64,000 nucleotides of DNA, from the NCBI GenBank assembly GCA_046599115.1, contig JBKJHG010000142.1, positions 7,853 through 71,852 of the forward strand, given 5' to 3'. The DNA comes from Gemmatimonadaceae bacterium (GTDB lineage: Bacteria > Gemmatimonadota > Gemmatimonadetes > Gemmatimonadales > Gemmatimonadaceae). Below the pieces are notes generated by a model. It saw only the letters and a list, made by a program, of their open reading frames with translations. It was not told the DNA's origin and searched no databases. Positions 17,801-27,592 of this stretch are shown here, in pieces; the first letter of the stretch is position 1, and the number at the start of each line of letters is the position of its first letter. The translations under genes and the position numbers were made by a program.

Positions 17801-19588
17801 CTAATGAGTCCGCGTGAGCAGCTGAATACCGGTTCCGCGGGAGATGTATGGCGGAATGCTGATCGGTAAATGGCCTGAGATGGGCGCATCGCCAACAAGC
17901 GCACGCGCCGCTGCGCCCTGCGACGCGGGAGATCCTCCCCACGCAACCAAGTAGGTTTCCACTCGAGGAAGTTGTTGGAGCAGATACGGGTTTCCGAATG
18001 TCACTAGAATCGGCCCCTTCCCGCGGTTGATCAGCGAGTTGATCAGCGACGAGAACCCGGACGATACATTCAGATTGGTCGCATCCCAAACCTGTCCGAC
18101 GTATGAGCTTACAACGGTGACATCCGCGGAATCGGAGGCAGTTACCATCCGCTCATAGTTCACTCCCGCATCCTGCGTCGTGATGAGTTCCGTTCGAAGG
18201 TTCGGATATCGTGCTCGCAGCTCGGCGTTAAACACGCTCCCAGCTCCGAGATCAGTTCGGCTTGCCACGGTGATCGATAGAACGCGAAGCGTAGATGACG
18301 CCGACAGAGGAACTTGCCTCGCGGAATCCCGCACCAACGTTATCGATTTTTCTGCAATCAGGCGGGCAAGCGCGAGCTTGGTGCTGTCGCCAACCACAGA
18401 GGGGATTTTCACGAGGTTCACGAAGCGATCCCGCCCCAATCCCAGCCGCTCCTTCGCGCGTAGAACACGAAGCACCGATTCGTTCAATCGCGCTTCCGTA
18501 TAGGCGCCCTCATTTACGCCAGCGACGATCGCGTCTATCGCCTGAACGACATCCGATGGTTGAAGGATCACGTCGAGTCCTGCCGCAATGGCACGCTTCA
18601 CCGCGCCGGGGAGTCCGAACTGAATCAGTCCGCCTTTCATGTCCATCGCGTCTGAGATGATGAGCCCATTGAATCCCATCTCACCGCGGAGCACACCGGT
18701 CATCACACTGTGCGACAGCGTCGCGGGAAGGCCGGTCGAATCGAACGCCGGCATCACCCCGTGAAACGACATGATAGCCCCGACTCCGCTCGCAATCGCT
18801 GCCTTGAATGGAACCAGCTCGACGCTCTCGAGCCGTTCGCGCGAGACATTTACCACCGGCAGCGCGAGGTGCGAGTTCGTCTCCGTATCGCCGTGTCCAG
18901 GAAAATGTTTTCCGGTCGCGATCATCCCGTTATCCTGAATCCCGCGCACCATCGCTTCGCCGAAGCGCGCAACCTGCTGCGGATCCTCTCCGTACGACCG
19001 CGTATTGATGACCGGATTGCCGGGATTGTTGTTCACGTCGAGCACCGGCGTGAAGTCGATCTCCACACCGAGAGCGCGTCCCTCGATCGCGGTCGCCCTT
19101 CCCTGCGCGTACGCGAGGCTCGGGTCGCCGGTGGCGCCCATCGCCATCTCCGGAGGAAACACAGTCGCGCCGCCCAGATCAATCGCGTTCGGCAGGAAGT
19201 ACCCACCACGCACTCTCATTCCCGCGCCCGTCTCGTAGTCGGCGCTGAATATCAGCGGCACTCTGCTGAGCGCCTGCATCCGGTTGATCTTGCCGGCCAC
19301 CTCGAGCGGGGATCCGACAGAGACGATCAGGCCTCCGATGTGCTCGTTGGTAATCCAGCTAGAAACCTGGCGCCACGCCGGAGAGTCGTCAGGTACGTAA
19401 TCGCCGAGGGAAAAAGCCCAGACGAGCTGTGCTGCTTTCTCGCGAAGAGTGAGGGACGCGAGGACTGAGTCGGCCCACGGAAGTTTTTCGGTAGGAACCG
19501 TGACGGAACCAGTGCTCCCGGTCGTTGATGCGCAGGCGATCGAGAGAGCGCCGAGGACAGGCGCGAGACCCAGCAGTGCTTTCTTCAT
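17801..19588 (-). CDS. nagZ: GH3 beta-N-acetylglucosaminidase (lipoprotein)
   Basis: KHFPGHGDTETNSH, ISDAMDM, PVLDVNNNP.NPVINTRSYG; lipobox SIAC. Confidence 0.9.
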   Translation of the reverse strand: MKKALLGLAPVLGALSIACASTTGSTGSVTVPTEKLPWADSVLASLTLREKAAQLVWAFSLGDYVPDDSPAWRQVSSWITNEHIGGLIVSVGSPLEVAGKINRMQALSRVPLIFSADYETGAGMRVRGGYFLPNAIDLGGATVFPPEMAMGATGDPSLAYAQGRATAIEGRALGVEIDFTPVLDVNNNPGNPVINTRSYGEDPQQVARFGEAMVRGIQDNGMIATGKHFPGHGDTETNSHLALPVVNVSRERLESVELVPFKAAIASGVGAIMSFHGVMPAFDSTGLPATLSHSVMTGVLRGEMGFNGLIISDAMDMKGGLIQFGLPGAVKRAIAAGLDVILQPSDVVQAIDAIVAGVNEGAYTEARLNESVLRVLRAKERLGLGRDRFVNLVKIPSVVGDSTKLALARLIAEKSITLVRDSARQVPLSASSTLRVLSITVASRTDLGAGSVFNAELRARYPNLRTELITTQDAGVNYERMVTASDSADVTVVSSYVGQVWDATNLNVSSGFSSLINSLINRGKGPILVTFGNPYLLQQLPRVETYLVAWGGSPASQGAAARALVGDAPISGHLPISIPPYISRGTGIQLLTRTH

Positions 19589-19869
19589 TAGTGCTCGATG
19601 GTTCCTTTCTTTGACGTGTCGATGTCGGAGCCCGCTTCCGTCTTGAAGAGAAACGCCGACGTGTTACGGGTCAGGAAAGCCCGCGCCTGCGGGTCCATTA
19701 CGTTCAGGCCGTAGTGGTTAATGAGCATCGTCTGCTGTTTTAGCCACTGGCCCCAGCAGTCGCGGCAAATGCTCTCGACTACGCGGGCGCCGATGGGCCC
19801 GGGGAACGGCGCGCGTTCGAATCCTTCACGAGTCTGTCCGCACCGGGTACAGGCAACGGTTGCCGGCAC
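19588..19869 (-). CDS. yggX: Fe(II)-trafficking / oxidative damage protection protein (YggX family)
   Basis: PFPGPIG...CWGQWLKQQTMLINHYGLN. Confidence 0.88.
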   Translation of the reverse strand: MPATVACTRCGQTREGFERAPFPGPIGARVVESICRDCWGQWLKQQTMLINHYGLNVMDPQARAFLTRNTSAFLFKTEAGSDIDTSKKGTIEH

Positions 19870-19875
19870 GTCGAA

Positions 19876-20625
19876 TTACGAATGCGTTGGTTCGATGCGC
19901 GCGAGACCGAAGAACGACAACACGCGCAGGTAAACCCAGCCGATGTCGAGCTCGAACCACTTTCTCCGGAAGCTCGGCGAGCGCGGATCTGCGTGATGGT
20001 TGTTGTGCAGCTCTTCTCCGCCGAGCCAGATCGCGATCGGTGTGATGTTTCTGCTTTCGTCCTTCACTTCGAAATTCCGGTATCCCACCGCGTGGCCGAC
20101 ACCGTTGACGATTCCCGCCGCCCAGAACGGAATCCAAATCATTTGAATGCCCCAGACAATCGGGCCGACAAAGAATCCGAAGAGGTAAATGTCCACAGTG
20201 AGCATCACCAGAATCCCGACCCAGTTAAGCGGCGAGAGGAGGTGGCGCTCAAGCCAGTCGTTGGGCGTGCCCTTTCCGTACTTCTCCAAAACTCCAGGCT
20301 GGCGAACTGCCTTCCTATAGTAGAAGGCGCCCTTCAAGACGATGTTGCGAAGTCCTTCGATAACCGGGCTGTGTGGATCGCCTTCGCGATCCGCGAACGC
20401 GTGATGCTTGCGATGGCACGCTACCCACTCCTTCGTGACGATCGCCGTGGACATCCAGAGCCAGAGTCGCATCGGAAGCGCAGCGAGGTAGTGAAGCTTT
20501 ACGCCGCGGTGCGTCTGCGCGCGATGAAGGAACAAGGTCACCGACACGTTGGTCAGGTGCCCCGCGACCACTATGAATAGGACTGGCTTCCACCAGGCGC
20601 TTGCCCAGCTCCCGAAATCCGGCAT
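19876..20625 (-). CDS. membrane acyl-CoA (delta-9-type) fatty acid desaturase
   Basis: His boxes HRAQTH, HRKHH, EELHNNHH. Confidence 0.92.
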   Translation of the reverse strand: MPDFGSWASAWWKPVLFIVVAGHLTNVSVTLFLHRAQTHRGVKLHYLAALPMRLWLWMSTAIVTKEWVACHRKHHAFADREGDPHSPVIEGLRNIVLKGAFYYRKAVRQPGVLEKYGKGTPNDWLERHLLSPLNWVGILVMLTVDIYLFGFFVGPIVWGIQMIWIPFWAAGIVNGVGHAVGYRNFEVKDESRNITPIAIWLGGEELHNNHHADPRSPSFRRKWFELDIGWVYLRVLSFFGLARIEPTHS

Positions 20626-20700
20626 CTACGTAATTCCTCTCAGACGTTCAGATGTTGACTGCTTTTCAATTTACCCGTGTGCGGCGCCTAAGACCAACCC

Positions 20701-22695
20701 TCAGTGGCCGTGCGTCACCGGATGGTCGGGATTCGCCGGTGGTGGAAATCCCCACGTATCGTTGCCCGGGTTCCAGTCGGGTACCGATGGATCAGGCCAC
20801 AAGCGGGCTCCGACAACCTTACCCTTCGCCGGAAGCTCCGCGTCATACATATCCGACCTGGACCATATCTCTACCGGCAGCTTGAAATCCTCGATGGTTC
20901 CATCGGAATATGCGACGCGCAGTGCGACGGGAAACGGGATGCTCGTCCATCGCCGTAGCGAAATTGTCATCGTGGATCCGTCGCCGTCGCTTCGCTGCGA
21001 CACGCTGTCGATTCCAATGTCGAGAACGTCCGTCGAGTAGAAAAAGCTCCGCCAGAACCAGGACAGATCGCGACCTGTCCCGTTTTCGATCGATCTGAAG
21101 AAGTCCCCCGGCGTTGGATGCTTGAACGCCCAATCGGTGATGTATTGGCGGAATGATGCATCGAAAAGATCCGCGCCGACGACGTGATTCCGCAGTGTCA
21201 GCAGCACCACGCCCGGCTTTCGATAGCCGGTGGAGCTCAGCCCGTTGACGTCGATCCGGTCCGGCGCCGCCATCAACGGCGACTCGCTCTTTGTCCGAAC
21301 CGCGGTCTGCCATACGCCTAGGTACGCGTGGTAATAGTTGGTCCCCGGATTCCGCGCCTCGAGCGCGAAGGCGTCGATGTATGTATTCATCCCTTCATCC
21401 ATCCACGCGTAGCGCCGTTCGTTGGAGCCGACAAGCATCGGAAACCATTCGTGCCCGTGCTCGTGATTGAGCACGGCGAAGATTGACGCCGGGTCGTCGC
21501 TGCCTTTCTCGACCATTACGAACATCGGATACTCCATCCCGCTCACCGGGCCAGCCACACTAGTAGCCTGCGGGTACGGATATGGAAAGAAAGATTCCGA
21601 AAAGTGGCGTATCGTCCACTGCGTTTGTTCTGCGGCGGACTCCCACGCCTTTCCGGCCTTCGGATATTCGTAGAATGCCTGGCAAAGAATTCCTTTCCAG
21701 CTCGTCGCGTCCCAGCGGAAATCGGGCGCCGCAGCCCACGCGACGTCGCGTACGCGCCGGGCGCTGAACTTCCACGTTCGCGATCCGGATGCCGCCACGG
21801 CTTTCGCTTCGTCGGCAGTAATGATCCCTACGACTTCATTCGATTTCGCTGCCATCGCCAGCCTGCTCCGCTGCGTTGGCGTAAGCACTTCGCTCGCATT
21901 TTCGAGCATTCCGCTGCCAGCGACAGTGAAGCCCGCCGGAACGGTGATGGCATAATCGACGTCTCCGTACTCGAGATAAAACTCACCCTGCCCAAGGTAC
22001 TGGTCGGCGTTCCATCCGCGGACGTCATCATAGACGGCCATCCGTGGATACCATTGCGCAATTTCGTAAAGTGAGCCGTCGCGCCCCATCCGATCCGAGC
22101 CGTGATCGGGGACACGAAACGTGAACGCCATTGCAAGGGAAACAGAGCCGCCCTTCGGCTGGAGCGGCAATGGCAGGTCGAGCCGCATCATCGTCCCATT
22201 CATCTTCGGCGTCACCGTGGATCCATTCACAGTCACATCGCGAAGCTCGTATCCTCCCGGAAATCCTCTCACTCCCCAACGCGAATCCGAGCCGAACACC
22301 ACCGAACCTTCGCTTCCCGGTTTGTACACGTTCTGATCGAGTTGCAGCCAAACGTAGCGCAGCGTATCGGGAGAGTTGTTCGTGTAGTGGATGGAGACCG
22401 TTCCCTGGATTGTTTTCGCTGCCGTATCGAGCTTGGCGCCTATGCGATAGTCGGCGCGCTGCTGCCAGTACTCCGGCCCCGGCTTGCCGCTCGAGGAGCG
22501 AAACTGGTTCGGTCCCGGCCAATCCACTCGGTTAGTGGTGTAGAATGGATCGTCACGCTCGGTCCGATATACGCTGTCACCGCTGACTGGAGTCCGCGCG
22601 GATTGCGGCATTTCCATCCGAACCGGCGGCAACAGAACCGGCGTAGTTCTAGCGCACGCGGCAAGACCAATCGCAAACAACATAAGCTTTCGCAT
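20701..22695 (-). CDS. M1 family metallopeptidase (secreted/lipoprotein)
   Basis: GMEYP, HEHGHEWF(18)E; start placed at MRKLMLF signal peptide. Confidence 0.9.
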   Translation of the reverse strand: MRKLMLFAIGLAACARTTPVLLPPVRMEMPQSARTPVSGDSVYRTERDDPFYTTNRVDWPGPNQFRSSSGKPGPEYWQQRADYRIGAKLDTAAKTIQGTVSIHYTNNSPDTLRYVWLQLDQNVYKPGSEGSVVFGSDSRWGVRGFPGGYELRDVTVNGSTVTPKMNGTMMRLDLPLPLQPKGGSVSLAMAFTFRVPDHGSDRMGRDGSLYEIAQWYPRMAVYDDVRGWNADQYLGQGEFYLEYGDVDYAITVPAGFTVAGSGMLENASEVLTPTQRSRLAMAAKSNEVVGIITADEAKAVAASGSRTWKFSARRVRDVAWAAAPDFRWDATSWKGILCQAFYEYPKAGKAWESAAEQTQWTIRHFSESFFPYPYPQATSVAGPVSGMEYPMFVMVEKGSDDPASIFAVLNHEHGHEWFPMLVGSNERRYAWMDEGMNTYIDAFALEARNPGTNYYHAYLGVWQTAVRTKSESPLMAAPDRIDVNGLSSTGYRKPGVVLLTLRNHVVGADLFDASFRQYITDWAFKHPTPGDFFRSIENGTGRDLSWFWRSFFYSTDVLDIGIDSVSQRSDGDGSTMTISLRRWTSIPFPVALRVAYSDGTIEDFKLPVEIWSRSDMYDAELPAKGKVVGARLWPDPSVPDWNPGNDTWGFPPPANPDHPVTHGH

Positions 22696-22710
22696 TCGAT
22701 ATTCTTGGAG

Positions 22711-23706
22711 ATGGAATTGGTCAACGTGACTCTGGATCAGCCGCAACGGAAGGGCCGCCGCTTCGTCAATCCGTGGCGCGGGATCGAACAACACGGCTTT
22801 TTGGATGCGCTCAAGTGGATGATGCAGCGCTGCGAGAGGCGTACCGCGATTTCATCCAACTACGACCCCCCGATCGCCACGCCTTCCTTCATCGTCCCGC
22901 GCGCGGCGCCCGATCAGCTCACCGCTACGTGGATTGGTCACACGAGCGTGTTGCTGCAGCTCGGCGGGCTCAACATCCTCACCGACCCCATCTGGAGCGC
23001 TCGCGCATCTCCCGTTTCGTTCGCCGGGCCGCGAAGGTTTTCGCCACCGGGGATCGCGTTCGATTCACTTCCGATCATCGACGCGGTAATCATTTCGCAC
23101 GACCACTACGATCATCTCGATGCTCCCACGGTTGCCCGTCTGGTTTCGCGCTTTCCCGCGGCTGCGTGGAGAGCCCCGCTCGGCGTTGGAAGATTCCTTC
23201 GATCTCACGGCGCGAGCGACGTGGAGGAGATGACGTGGCACCAAACCACGGAGCTTGGCGCCACCAGCTTGGCCTGCGTTCCCGCCCAGCATTTCTCCGG
23301 CAGGAGTCCGTTCAATCGAGACCGCACCTTGTGGTGCGGATGGGTGCTCTCTACTGAGAGTCGTTCGGTGTACTTCGCCGGCGACACTGCGCTGAACCCT
23401 TCGTTCAGAGACATCGGGCGCAGATACGGCCCCTTCGACTTGGCGTTGCTGCCGATTGGCGCTTATGACCCAAGATGGTTCATGCGCTCTGTGCATATGG
23501 ACCCGGAAGACTGCGTGAAGGCTGCCGCGATGCTCGCCCCAAATACGAAAGAACCGCTGATCCTCGCCACCCATTGGGGTACGTTCAAGCTCACTGATGA
23601 ACCGCTTGATGAGCCGCCCGAGCGAATGCGGCGGGCGTGGCACGAAGCCGGGTTCAGCGCGGATCGACTCTGGATTCCCCACTTCGGAGAAACGCGGGCG
23701 GTCTGA
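22711..23706 (+). CDS. MBL-fold metallo-hydrolase (NAPE-PLD/RomA-like)
   Basis: TWIGH, LTDP, SHDHYDHLD, AQHFSGR, YFAGDT, PIGAY, HWGTF; upstream part of the 534-aa ORF is antisense to the M1 gene. Confidence 0.9.
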   Translation: MELVNVTLDQPQRKGRRFVNPWRGIEQHGFLDALKWMMQRCERRTAISSNYDPPIATPSFIVPRAAPDQLTATWIGHTSVLLQLGGLNILTDPIWSARASPVSFAGPRRFSPPGIAFDSLPIIDAVIISHDHYDHLDAPTVARLVSRFPAAAWRAPLGVGRFLRSHGASDVEEMTWHQTTELGATSLACVPAQHFSGRSPFNRDRTLWCGWVLSTESRSVYFAGDTALNPSFRDIGRRYGPFDLALLPIGAYDPRWFMRSVHMDPEDCVKAAAMLAPNTKEPLILATHWGTFKLTDEPLDEPPERMRRAWHEAGFSADRLWIPHFGETRAV

Positions 23707-23781
23707 TCGCCCATATTCGACCGGTTGTGCGCGGATTTTGCTTGGTACAATGCTGAACTTCCTACTTACGGAGCCTTTTCC

Positions 23782-24174
23782 ATGGCATCATCGAGAAAGA
23801 AAAGCGCGCGGTCCCGCAAATCCGGCAGCCGTTCCAGCCCGGCGCGCAAATCCTCTGCACGCAAGTCGAGCGGGGCGAGCCGGAAGAGAGCTGCGTCCGG
23901 CGCGCGTAAATCACTCGCCGCAAAGAAGACCACTCGTAAGCGCACACGCGCTGCGGCGAAAAAGACTGTTCGCAAGAGCCCCCGAAAGAGCTCTTCGCGC
24001 ACCAGCTCGGCGAGAAAATCAGCAACTGCCGCCGTTCGGCGCGTCAAACGTGCGGCAAGCGGGCCAACCGCGCGTCGCGTGAAACGCGTTGCCGCCGAGG
24101 TTGTTCATCAGGCCGCCGGTCTTGGTGAGCGCGCGGTGGGAACAGTAACCGAGTTCGTACACGACCGTTTCTAG
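23782..24174 (+). CDS. histone H1-like basic protein
   Basis: R/K/S/A-rich repeats (SARKS); GGAG RBS before ATG 23782. Confidence 0.7.
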   Translation: MASSRKKSARSRKSGSRSSPARKSSARKSSGASRKRAASGARKSLAAKKTTRKRTRAAAKKTVRKSPRKSSSRTSSARKSATAAVRRVKRAASGPTARRVKRVAAEVVHQAAGLGERAVGTVTEFVHDRF

Positions 24175-24180
24175 CTTTGA

Positions 24181-24213
24181 GGGTAGCCGGACGACCGACT
24201 GATCCGGCTACCC
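24181..24213. terminator. hairpin between convergent genes
   Basis: GGGTAGCCGGA / TCCGGCTACCC 11-bp stem; no long T tract. Confidence 0.5.
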
Positions 24214-24915
24214 GCGCCACCTGTTGACCCACTCGACAGTATCCGCGATCACCCTTTCGCGCCCGAAATCGACCGTGAGCACGTGTCCACCGGTGTCGGC
24301 CCAGATGAGCCGCTTCTCCTTCGCTCCGATTGTTTCCAATGCGAACGACGCGGTCTCCGGTGCGACACGCGGATCATCCAATGATTGAATCACAAGAGTC
24401 GGAGCGGTCACTTCGGATAACGCCGCCCGTGCTTTACTCACCACGCGTAGCAGCTGTCCCATCGCCGCTCCGTTGACAACGCCGTATCCCAGGCTCTTGT
24501 CGCGCTCGACCGGATCCTGCACTGAGCGGGGATTACGCGCCGCTATCTCACCGACGAACGGATCCCATATCCACCGAAAGCGCAGTGCGACCCGCGACCA
24601 AAACGGTACCGCCAGGTAGGGCGCAATAAGCACCAGACTTGATATGTCGTGCCGCTCGGACGCGAGTATGGCGCCGATCGCCGCCCCCATCGACAAGCCA
24701 ACGATCGACACCGAGTCGCATTCTTTCTGCATCTCGGCGAGGGCGTAGCGCGCAGTCGCGATCCATTCGTCTGCAGTTGATGAAAAAAATGCGGCAACGC
24801 TGGCGCCGTGCCCGGGGTACAGCGGAGCGTGAACGCGATAACCCGCCGACTGGAGCTCGGCGGCCAGATATCCGAGCGTCTGTGGCGTATCGCCGAACCC
24901 GTGCAATAGCAGCAC
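24208..24915 (-). CDS. carboxylesterase (alpha/beta hydrolase); true start probably further upstream
   Basis: LLLHGF, GLSMGA nucleophile elbow, DDPRV, GGHVL. Confidence 0.88.
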   Translation of the reverse strand: MLLLHGFGDTPQTLGYLAAELQSAGYRVHAPLYPGHGASVAAFFSSTADEWIATARYALAEMQKECDSVSIVGLSMGAAIGAILASERHDISSLVLIAPYLAVPFWSRVALRFRWIWDPFVGEIAARNPRSVQDPVERDKSLGYGVVNGAAMGQLLRVVSKARAALSEVTAPTLVIQSLDDPRVAPETASFALETIGAKEKRLIWADTGGHVLTVDFGRERVIADTVEWVNRWRG

Positions 24916-24962
24916 GCCGCGCGACGAGCCGTTGCCGAGCCTGATCGGCTCGGCGCCGGGAA

Positions 24963-27056
24963 TTACCTTCCGGTCAACAGCGACTGTGCGCGCTCCAGCT
25001 GCCCTGCCGCGGCATTGAATCTCGACGCGAGGTCCGCTACTTCTGCAGCCGTCAGTCCGCTGTCCTTTCGCCGAACCGCTTCATTGATCGAAGGGAAAGG
25101 CATCGTCGAGTAACCGTTGTCCTCGTCGGCGGCGTAGATAAGACTTCGGAACCAAGGGCGGGTAACCAGCCCTGTCGGACGTGTCAGCTTCCGCTCAACC
25201 ATTCTCAGCGCGGCATTTGCCGATGACAGTGTCGAAGACGAGATCGAGCCCGCGAGATATGCGTCGCGTGACTTGGCAAACCTCTCCGCCGCCGTTCGCA
25301 TTCGGTCAATCGCCGAGCGCAGCGCGGTAGTCGGCACCTGCCACTTATTTTCAGACACTGCGCTGTCCACTACTGACGTAAAACGGTTCATTGTTGTCGC
25401 AAACTCGACATAATCGAATGGCACCACGTCGGCGTTCGCCAGGCGGGAAATGAGAAGTGCGGCGACGGTCGCGGCCGCCTTGTGATGAGCGTACTGCGGA
25501 TCTCCGAATTTGCTCATCCAATGATATGAATCGTACGCCGAGTGATAAACGCCGGGGCCGCCGCCGAATCCCCAGTCCGCTAGCGCAATCCCAAAGTGGT
25601 TGTAAAAGCCGGCGAAATCCGATCCGCCGCCGGGGTCCCCGCTCGGCGGCTCGAGTGAGTCGGCATCGAGCTTAGCCCCCTTCCTCCACTGATCGTAAAT
25701 GGTTCCACCAGCTGGATCGGGGACGTGCTTGGTGACGTCGCGAAGCAGCGCGCGCAGTGACGGCGATCCGCCTCCGGAAAAAGTCGTACCGCCGGCAACC
25801 GCATCCTGGTTCAGATAGGCGACCGCGTGACCGACCAGTCGTGCCGAATCTTCCTCGACGAATTCCGTGGAGCCCACGAGCCCCCATTCCTCGGCGTCCC
25901 ACGTCGCGAAAACAATCGTTCGACGAGGCGGGTGACCGGCTCTCGCTTCCGCGGATATTATCCGCGCCGCTTCGAGGACGCTCGTTGTTCCACTTATGTT
26001 GTCGGCTGCGCCCGGGCCCCATGCGTCGCGGTGCGCTCCGATTATTACCAGCTCGTCCGGAAATTCGGTTCCGCGAATCATTCCGAACGTATCCCAGATT
26101 TTCTTGAACGGCTGCGTTGCAACGTCCGTCTGCACTTGAATCCGCGCGACAATGGGACCGGGGCCCACGTGGTATCTGAATGGGAGTCCGCCTTGCCACG
26201 CTTGGGGGATATCGTGGCCGGCAACCCCCGCGAGCAGCTGTGAGGCGTTCCCGTACGACATCGGAATCACAGGGATGTGCGGAACATTCATCCTTTCCGG
26301 CGGAACTCGTTGTGCGCCGGCGACGCTCGCGTAACCCGGTGTGCTGGGATCGCCGTTCGGGTTCAGCACGCTCCCACGCTGTACACCTTGCGACGGACGA
26401 AATGGCCCGGCGGGATATACGTCGCCTGCGACATAGCCGTCATTCGCGGGATCGCTGTAGATGATGAGACCGACCGCGCCGTGTCTCTCTGCTTCTCGCG
26501 CCTTGATGCCGCGAAAAGACTTGCCATATCGCGCGATTGCGATCTTCCCCCGCACCGATACGCCCATCGAGTCGAGCTGTGCGAAGTCTTCGACCAGCCC
26601 ATAATTGACGTAGACGACTTCGCCGCTTACGTCACCCGCGGCGCCCGTTCCGTTGAAAGTCGGTATTTGCGGGTACATCCACGACGTCGAATCCTCAGCC
26701 ACCGGACCTTCCGGCAACTTCAGTTCAACGGGTGATGGCGAGACACGCCAAGCCTTCACGCTAACCGGGTGAGGCATCCACACGCTGTATTCGCGCACGC
26801 TCGTCTCGAGACCCCACGAATTCATCTTCGCAATTACATAATCGCGCGTCCACGCTTGCTGGGCGGTTCCGGCCATATGAGGCTTTGCCGAAAGCGCACG
26901 TGAATGCTCTCGCGCTGTGTCTGCGCTGGCGCGCGACACGAGAGCGGATTCGAGAGATCTTTCCTTTGCCAGCTCGCCCGCAGAATAGCCGGGCGTCTGC
27001 GCTCCAGCGGTGGCGGCGAAGAAAAACGTGAGCGCGGCAGCTGGTCGAAGTTTCAA
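24963..27056 (-). CDS. M28 glutamate carboxypeptidase II-like peptidase (PA and TFR-dimer domains)
   Basis: VYVNYG, RGIK, GAHRDAW, GAADN.SG, WDAEEWGLVGSTE, GSDF, YHS. Confidence 0.92.
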   Translation of the reverse strand: MKLRPAAALTFFFAATAGAQTPGYSAGELAKERSLESALVSRASADTAREHSRALSAKPHMAGTAQQAWTRDYVIAKMNSWGLETSVREYSVWMPHPVSVKAWRVSPSPVELKLPEGPVAEDSTSWMYPQIPTFNGTGAAGDVSGEVVYVNYGLVEDFAQLDSMGVSVRGKIAIARYGKSFRGIKAREAERHGAVGLIIYSDPANDGYVAGDVYPAGPFRPSQGVQRGSVLNPNGDPSTPGYASVAGAQRVPPERMNVPHIPVIPMSYGNASQLLAGVAGHDIPQAWQGGLPFRYHVGPGPIVARIQVQTDVATQPFKKIWDTFGMIRGTEFPDELVIIGAHRDAWGPGAADNISGTTSVLEAARIISAEARAGHPPRRTIVFATWDAEEWGLVGSTEFVEEDSARLVGHAVAYLNQDAVAGGTTFSGGGSPSLRALLRDVTKHVPDPAGGTIYDQWRKGAKLDADSLEPPSGDPGGGSDFAGFYNHFGIALADWGFGGGPGVYHSAYDSYHWMSKFGDPQYAHHKAAATVAALLISRLANADVVPFDYVEFATTMNRFTSVVDSAVSENKWQVPTTALRSAIDRMRTAAERFAKSRDAYLAGSISSSTLSSANAALRMVERKLTRPTGLVTRPWFRSLIYAADEDNGYSTMPFPSINEAVRRKDSGLTAAEVADLASRFNAAAGQLERAQSLLTGR

Positions 27057-27592
27057 GTTCTTCGGTTAGGTGTATTTGTGCGGCGCTCGTCGATTCCGTC
27101 GCGACGTTCGAGCCCTTTCCCTTTCAGCTCGTTGAGTTCCGGCGCGTAGTATCCGCGAAGGCTCAATCCGATCGCGTCATCCACCAGTGAGTCAATTCGC
27201 TGAAGCGCCGACGCGAGTGCAGATGATTCGACACCGGCACCGCTCAGCACCTTCCAGCACGCGCGCTTGACGAGATTCCATTCCTCCGCGAGAGCGGCCA
27301 GGGGCACGCCGTCGGTGCGTCGGAAGTATCCGTGCGCTTCGGAGATTACCTCCGAGAGCTCGCCGTCAATGCTGACCGCACCCATCCCGGCGAGCCGAAA
27401 CATTTTCGGGAGAATTTCCGGAAACGCGTCGATCAGCCGGTCTCCCGGAATCTGAGACCACGGCTCACGCGTTACGAGCGTCCTCCATTCGCCGATTACC
27501 CCATCGATTCGCTCGAGCAGGATGTTGTACGGATAGAAATGCTCGCCGGTGGCGTCGCTCAAAAATTGAGTGTCCGCCCTGTCACGAATCAT
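27053..27592 (-). CDS. hypothetical helical protein (RsbRD-N-like bundle, tentative)
   Basis: I..EW..., AHG..RR..G..L..L.EEW pattern; C-terminal ERR..ERR. Confidence 0.55.
   Translation of the reverse strand: MIRDRADTQFLSDATGEHFYPYNILLERIDGVIGEWRTLVTREPWSQIPGDRLIDAFPEILPKMFRLAGMGAVSIDGELSEVISEAHGYFRRTDGVPLAALAEEWNLVKRACWKVLSGAGVESSALASALQRIDSLVDDAIGLSLRGYYAPELNELKGKGLERRDGIDERRTNTPNRRT

Noticed and set aside
22102-22710. N-terminal 203 aa of the 534-aa MBL ORF as a fusion domain
   Set aside because: Antisense to the M1 peptidase gene; Arg/His-rich shadow composition
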